A stretch of DNA of 35,300 nucleotides from assembly GCA_037441385.1 (NCBI GenBank), contig JBBISH010000064.1, positions 1 to 35,300 on the forward strand, read 5' to 3'. Below the pieces are notes generated by a model that saw nothing but the letters and a program-made list of their open reading frames with translations, made no database searches and was not told the origin of the DNA. Origin of the DNA: Myxococcales bacterium. Its GTDB lineage: Bacteria; Myxococcota_A; UBA9042. The position numbers were made by a program, and so were the translations under genes. Below are positions 30,551-35,300 of this stretch, one piece after another (positions within the stretch are counted from its first letter, which is position 1; every line of letters starts with the position of its first letter).

Positions 30551-30691
30551 CGGCCGATCCTTGCGCCTGCGCAACGCAGAGCCGGGATTCTGCGTTTTAC
30601 CCCCAACAGGCGCAACCATGCGGCGGCGACGCCGCGCCCACCGCTGGGCCAGCTGGATTGCCGGCCACCCGTCCTGCAGGTACGCTCGGCC

Positions 30692-32575
30692 ATGTTCCGC
30701 CAAGTGGCCGTCCAGGAGATGCCGTTGCCTCAACTCTGTCGCCGCGCGTTTTGGCCCCACCTGGCTATTCTAGTTCAATTCTTCTGCATTTCGGTGCTGA
30801 CCAGCTGCTTTCGCTCGCCCGGCGCCATCCAGCGCGACTACGTGGCCGAGAACCTGCAACCCGTGCCCCTTGAGGCCAACCCCAACGTGCCGCCGCCGCA
30901 AAATCCGGGTCTGCGAAAGGAGTTGCGGGTGCATGTGCGGGTCAGCTCGGCGTATCGGCGCGAAAATCGCGAGTGGGAGGGCCGGATTCGCCGCACCTTC
31001 GCTCGCGCGTCGGCCTATACCCAAGCGGAGTTTGGCGTGGGCCTAGACGTCGTCCAGCTCGAGAAGTGGGATCGCGACGACTCCGTCACCGAGCCGCTGG
31101 AGGACTCGCTGACCGCCCTGCAAGCCCTGGATCCAGCTACGGATTGCGACTTGGTAGTGGGATTCGTGGGCGCCGACGCCTATTCGACCCAATACCACGC
31201 GGTGGGCGAGGCGCGCACCCCGGGCCGCCACATCGTCTTGCGCGGGACCGAGAGCATCGCCTTTCGCGACTGGCAGACGCGGGCGCTGAGCGCGCTGGAC
31301 GACGACGAGCGCGATCGGCTGTACGAGGCGATCAAGGCCCACACCGAAGTCCTGGTGCTGGTTCACGAATGGGCGCACACCCTGGGAGCGCCCCACGATA
31401 CCGAGCTGCGCCTGGTCATGTCGCAAACCTACAGCCCGCGCGCGCACGCGATGTCGTCCGCCACCATCGAGGTGGTGCGCCGTGGGCTGGCGGCGCGCCT
31501 GGCCGATACGCCCGAAGCGCGCAAGTCGGCGCAAGTCGAGCAGCAAAAGGCCATCGCGAGCCACCGCGGCGAGTTGGAGCCGGAGTCGCGGTCTTCGGTG
31601 GAAAAGGCCCTGGACAAACAGGCCAAAGCGCCGGCCGGGCCGGTGAATCGCGGCCCCGAGCTGGGGCGCAACGACCGCTGGGAGTTCAACGCCGCGAGCG
31701 ACCTGCACAATCAGCGGCGCTATGCCGAGGCGGCCGAGCGGTTGCGGCCCCTGGCCGAGCGCTTGCCCACGCACCCGCAGGTACAAGTGCTGAACTGTCA
31801 AGTACAATCAGGTGCACTGCCGGGCGAAAAGGCCACGGCCGAGGTGTGTCGGCGCGCCTGTGAGTTGGATTCTGGCTTTAGTGCCTGCGCAATGGCGGTG
31901 CAAGCGATGCGAATGGCCAATCTGCGCAAAGACTTGCCTGGCGCGGTGGCGATCCTGCTGCAGCGGGCCAAGGCGCTCCGCGAGCCGGCCGAGCTGGCGC
32001 TGGTGGCCCAAGTGCTGCTGGGTGCGGGTTGGCTGAGCGCCGCCGAAGCGTCGCTGACCGGCCTGGGGCTGGTGCCAGCCGCCATGCAAGTCCGCAGCGA
32101 GATTGAGCGAAGGCGGCGCTGGTCCGGGTTGCCAGTGGGCGAGCTGCCGCCCGAGCGCGAGTCCGACTACCTGGACGTTTTGGCCCGCAGCACCGCCAAA
32201 GGGCGCGATCGCGATACGAGTTGGCCAGAAGACGCCAAACCGTTCTTGCAGGTGCCAGGCCTGCTGGTGGTGGTGGCCGAGCGGCTGGCGGTGCAAGGCA
32301 AGCTGGCCCAGGCGCGCCAGGATTGCGGCAAGGCATTGGCCAAGTACCCGCAATGCTTGACAGGGCAGTACCTTGTGGCGCGCATCGACCTGGCCGAGAA
32401 GCATTGGCCCGAGGCAGTGGCGCATCTGCGGGCGGTGCTGGCCGGCGACCCCAGCTACGAGCCGGCCTGGCGGGACCTGGCCAAGACCCTGCCCAACGCG
32501 GGTCAGGCGGCGCAAGTGCAAGAGCTGCGAACGAATTACCGAAAGCAGTTTGGCAAAGACCTGGATGAACCGTAG
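30692..32575 (+). CDS. Zinc metalloprotease (metzincin-like) lipoprotein with TPR-like C-terminus
   Basis: VLTSC lipobox, HEWAHTLGAPHD, Met-turn LVMS, helical TPR-like repeats. Start uncertain (30692 or 30719). Confidence 0.82.
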   Translation: MFRQVAVQEMPLPQLCRRAFWPHLAILVQFFCISVLTSCFRSPGAIQRDYVAENLQPVPLEANPNVPPPQNPGLRKELRVHVRVSSAYRRENREWEGRIRRTFARASAYTQAEFGVGLDVVQLEKWDRDDSVTEPLEDSLTALQALDPATDCDLVVGFVGADAYSTQYHAVGEARTPGRHIVLRGTESIAFRDWQTRALSALDDDERDRLYEAIKAHTEVLVLVHEWAHTLGAPHDTELRLVMSQTYSPRAHAMSSATIEVVRRGLAARLADTPEARKSAQVEQQKAIASHRGELEPESRSSVEKALDKQAKAPAGPVNRGPELGRNDRWEFNAASDLHNQRRYAEAAERLRPLAERLPTHPQVQVLNCQVQSGALPGEKATAEVCRRACELDSGFSACAMAVQAMRMANLRKDLPGAVAILLQRAKALREPAELALVAQVLLGAGWLSAAEASLTGLGLVPAAMQVRSEIERRRRWSGLPVGELPPERESDYLDVLARSTAKGRDRDTSWPEDAKPFLQVPGLLVVVAERLAVQGKLAQARQDCGKALAKYPQCLTGQYLVARIDLAEKHWPEAVAHLRAVLAGDPSYEPAWRDLAKTLPNAGQAAQVQELRTNYRKQFGKDLDEP

Positions 32576-32692
32576 CCGTGGGGCCGGCCCATCCTTGCAC
32601 CCGTGCAACGCAATCTTGCGCATCTGGTTCTTTACCCGCAACCATGCAACGCTAGACTTTGGGCAGGTGGCGCACCGCCCCAGGAGAAGTAG

Positions 32693-33628
32693 ATGTCGAA
32701 CCAGCCCCTTCATGTGATCTTTGGCGCCGGCCAGGTCGGCGGTCTGTTGGCCAGCCAACTGCGCGCCGCCGGGCTACCCGTGCGGGTGGTGCGCCGGCAG
32801 GCCCAAGCCAGTACGGATCCTGGGTTGCAGGTGGTGCAGGCTGACGTGTACGACCGCGACGCGGCGGTGCGAGCGGCGGCGGGGGCCAGCGTGGTCTACC
32901 ACTGCGTCAACGCGCCCTACCACCAGTGGGCCACGCAGCTGCCTCCGCTGCACCGGCACATCGCGGCGGCGGCCCAAGCGGCGGGCGCGCGGCTGGTGCT
33001 GCTGGACAACGTGTACATGGTCGGCCAGACCACCGCGCCGTTCGCCGAAGACGCGCCCGAGCAGCCGTGCAGCAAGAAGGGCGTGATCCGCAAACAGCTT
33101 TCCGACGAACTGCGCGAACTGGCGCGGCGCGGCGAGCTGCGACTGACCATCGGCCGGGCCAGCGACTTTGTTGGGCCGGGGGTGACCCAAGGCGCCATCC
33201 AAAATCCGCGGGGGATCGAGCAGCTTCTCGCCGGCCGCACCGTGGACTTGCTGGGCAGCCCGGACCAGCCGCACAGCTGGAGCTACGTGCCCGACGTGGC
33301 GGCGGGGCTCGCCGCGCTGGGCCAGGCGGACAACTCGGTCGAAGGCGAGGTGTTCCATCTGCCGGTGCTGCCTGCAGAAACTGCCCGCGAGCGGTTGCAG
33401 GGCCTGGCGACCGAGCTCGGCGTGGGGCTGCAGGTGCGGGCCATGCCGGCGTGGCTGCTGAGCGTGTTTGGCTGGTTCTCGCCCATGATGGCCGAGTTTG
33501 GCGAGATGCGGTACCAGTTCGATCGGCCGATGGTGCTGCGCGACGAAAAGATCCGCACTCGACTGGGGTTGCAGCCCACACCGCGCGCCCAGCAACTGCG
33601 CGAAACGGCGGCCTCGTTGCGCAAGTAG
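32693..33628 (+). CDS. NAD-dependent epimerase/dehydratase family protein
   Basis: HVIFGAGQVG Rossmann motif, DNVYMVG, GRASDFVGPG, HSWSYVPDVA. Confidence 0.9.
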   Translation: MSNQPLHVIFGAGQVGGLLASQLRAAGLPVRVVRRQAQASTDPGLQVVQADVYDRDAAVRAAAGASVVYHCVNAPYHQWATQLPPLHRHIAAAAQAAGARLVLLDNVYMVGQTTAPFAEDAPEQPCSKKGVIRKQLSDELRELARRGELRLTIGRASDFVGPGVTQGAIQNPRGIEQLLAGRTVDLLGSPDQPHSWSYVPDVAAGLAALGQADNSVEGEVFHLPVLPAETARERLQGLATELGVGLQVRAMPAWLLSVFGWFSPMMAEFGEMRYQFDRPMVLRDEKIRTRLGLQPTPRAQQLRETAASLRK

Positions 33629-33710
33629 GGGTCTGGACAGGTCCGCAGATCGTGCCTACGCTGGCCGCCTGGGCAACACCACAGGCGGGGCGCGATGGGC
33701 AAGAACCCTC

Positions 33711-33755
33711 TACCGGTTCCGTCCGAATCGGATCGAAAACGCGGGCAATTCTTCG
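33711..33755 (+). repeat. Repeat family B copy 3 (left part only)
   Basis: TACCGGTTCCGTCCGAATCGGATCGAAAACGCGGGCAATTCTTCG matches B2. Confidence 0.78.
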
Positions 33756-33899
33756 CCTGCCTTACCGGTTGCCGACAGCCCGGCGGTTGCGCCAATCGGC
33801 GAAGGCCGGTTTCTTGAGTGCGAGCCCGGGGTTTCAACCCCGGGTCGCCGTCGGGCCTGAAACTCAGTCACGATCACTGTAGCTAACCGGTAAGGCATG
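33756..33899. mobile_element. MITE family A copy 4 (different interior, no TSD)
   Basis: CCTGCCTTACCGGTTGCC ... GTAGCTAACCGGTAAGGCAT; the interior holds the palindrome CCCGGGGTT-TC-AACCCCGGG (33825-33844). Confidence 0.75.
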
Positions 33900-34318
33900 G
33901 ACCGGACATGTCCCCTGAATCACAACGGTTTCATCGCCTTTGCACGCCATGAGTCCGGCCATCGCCGCCGCCATCAGCTTGTCCAGCCCGGCCGGCGCTG
34001 CGGGTGAGCAGGGGGGTGCCGCAATCTGTCGCGGCAGCGATGGATGCCACAAACAACAGATGGCGCAAGAACTTACGCGTCATGCTTCCTCACTAGGCCA
34101 CAGACAAGGCGGGCGACCTCGCCACCGCCACCACAGGGGCCGTCGCCCCAACCCCGACCGACTATGCCAAAGGGCCCGCGCCGCCGTCGACCCGGCGGAA
34201 CCCGACTGGGGCCGGTGCCAGCAAAAACTGGGCGGGCCTCTCCGCGTGCAGGGCGTTGACAGCCAGCACCGGGGCCGCAACCATGCAACCGGCGTCGGCG
34301 TGGCGCCCCAAGGCCGCT

Positions 34319-35188
34319 ATGCAACCCGTCCTGAGCAACTTGATCGACCAACTTGCGCTCGAGCGCCTGGATCGCGACATCTTCCGCGGCCACAGCCAAG
34401 ACCTGGGCTGGGGCGCGGTGTTTGGTGGGCAAGTGCTGGGCCAGGCGCTGTCGGCGGCGGCGCAGACCGTCCCGGCCGACCGACCGGTGCATTCGCTCCA
34501 CGCCTATTTCTTGCGCGCCGGCGACCTGAAGCGGCCGATTCTGTATCAGGTCGACCGCATCCGCGACGGCCAGAGCTTTACCACACGCCGGGTGGTCGCC
34601 GTGCAAGAGGGCGCGGCGATTTTTAGTCTGGCGGCCAGCTTCCAAGTCATCGAAGACGGATTCGATCACGCCGACGCGATGCCGCAAGTGCCAGGGCCGG
34701 ACGGTCTGCTGTCCGAGCGCGAGTTGGCCCTGCGTCTGGGTGACAAGCTGCCGGCAGGGCTGCGGGCTGCGGCCACGGCGCTGCGGCCCATCGAGATGCG
34801 ACCGGTGGTCCCGCGCAACCCGCTTCGCCCCGAAAAGGCGGAACCGCTCCGGCACATCTGGCTCAAGGCCATCGACGATCTACCCGACGACGACGCCCTA
34901 CACCGCTACCTGCTCGCGTACGCCTCGGATTTCTCGCTGCTGGGCACCAGCTTGGATCCGCACGGCGTGTCGTGGCTCAGTCGCGGCCTGCACATCGCAA
35001 GTCTGGATCACGCCATGTGGTTCCATAGGCCGCTGCGGGTCGATCGCTGGCTGCTCTACGCCATCGACAGCCCCTCGGCCAGCGGCGCCCGCGGCTTGGT
35101 GCGTGGGCGATTCTTTGACCAGCAGGGCAATCTGGTCGTCAGCGTCATGCAAGAGGGGCTGATTCGGATGCGGCCGCCCGAGCCCTAA
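34319..35188 (+). CDS. tesB: Acyl-CoA thioesterase II
   Basis: VFGGQVLGQAL, VHSLHAYFLRAGD, RDGQSFTTRRV, LAYASD, ASLDHAMWFHRP, QEGLIR. Confidence 0.95.
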   Translation: MQPVLSNLIDQLALERLDRDIFRGHSQDLGWGAVFGGQVLGQALSAAAQTVPADRPVHSLHAYFLRAGDLKRPILYQVDRIRDGQSFTTRRVVAVQEGAAIFSLAASFQVIEDGFDHADAMPQVPGPDGLLSERELALRLGDKLPAGLRAAATALRPIEMRPVVPRNPLRPEKAEPLRHIWLKAIDDLPDDDALHRYLLAYASDFSLLGTSLDPHGVSWLSRGLHIASLDHAMWFHRPLRVDRWLLYAIDSPSASGARGLVRGRFFDQQGNLVVSVMQEGLIRMRPPEP

Positions 35189-35218
35189 CCAGATGATGCC
35201 AAGGGGCCGCGGCGGGCA

Positions 35219-35300
<82 letters not shown>

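Noticed and set aside
29624..30760. N-terminal extensions of the 983-aa and 373-aa track ORFs
   Set aside because: They overlap each other head to head; recognisable domains start at 30550 (LysR) and about 30692 (protease).

Overview
GC-rich bacterial window. The Cys-rich DDGNPCT-repeat lipoprotein suggests a Myxococcota/deltaproteobacterial host, but this is inference. Left flank (1-10.2 kb): a >1000-aa Cys-rich lipoprotein that the ORF track missed, a CHASE-PAS hybrid kinase, a lipoprotein and an ECF sigma pair. The centre (10.27-21.47 kb) is a conflict island. Six copies of a ~250-bp multi-hairpin repeat separate a series of modules: two orphan TcC/Rhs toxin-immunity cassettes (one with a ParB-like tip, one with a Pol-beta nucleotidyltransferase tip), a third deleted Rhs cassette that keeps its membrane immunity gene, a MenA1/MenT1-like TA pair and a HipBST-like TA operon. 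Next to the island are IS200-type and IS91-type HUH transposase remnants. Four copies of a TIR-bounded MITE are dispersed across the window. Three sit inside a second repeat family, and one carries a nested IS5-like MITE. The right flank holds ordinary accessory genes: PDZ lipoprotein, GFA, NlpC/P60-like protein, a START-like/acyltransferase operon, LysR, a metalloprotease-TPR protein, an epimerase and tesB. All calls come from reading motifs by eye; no searches were run.
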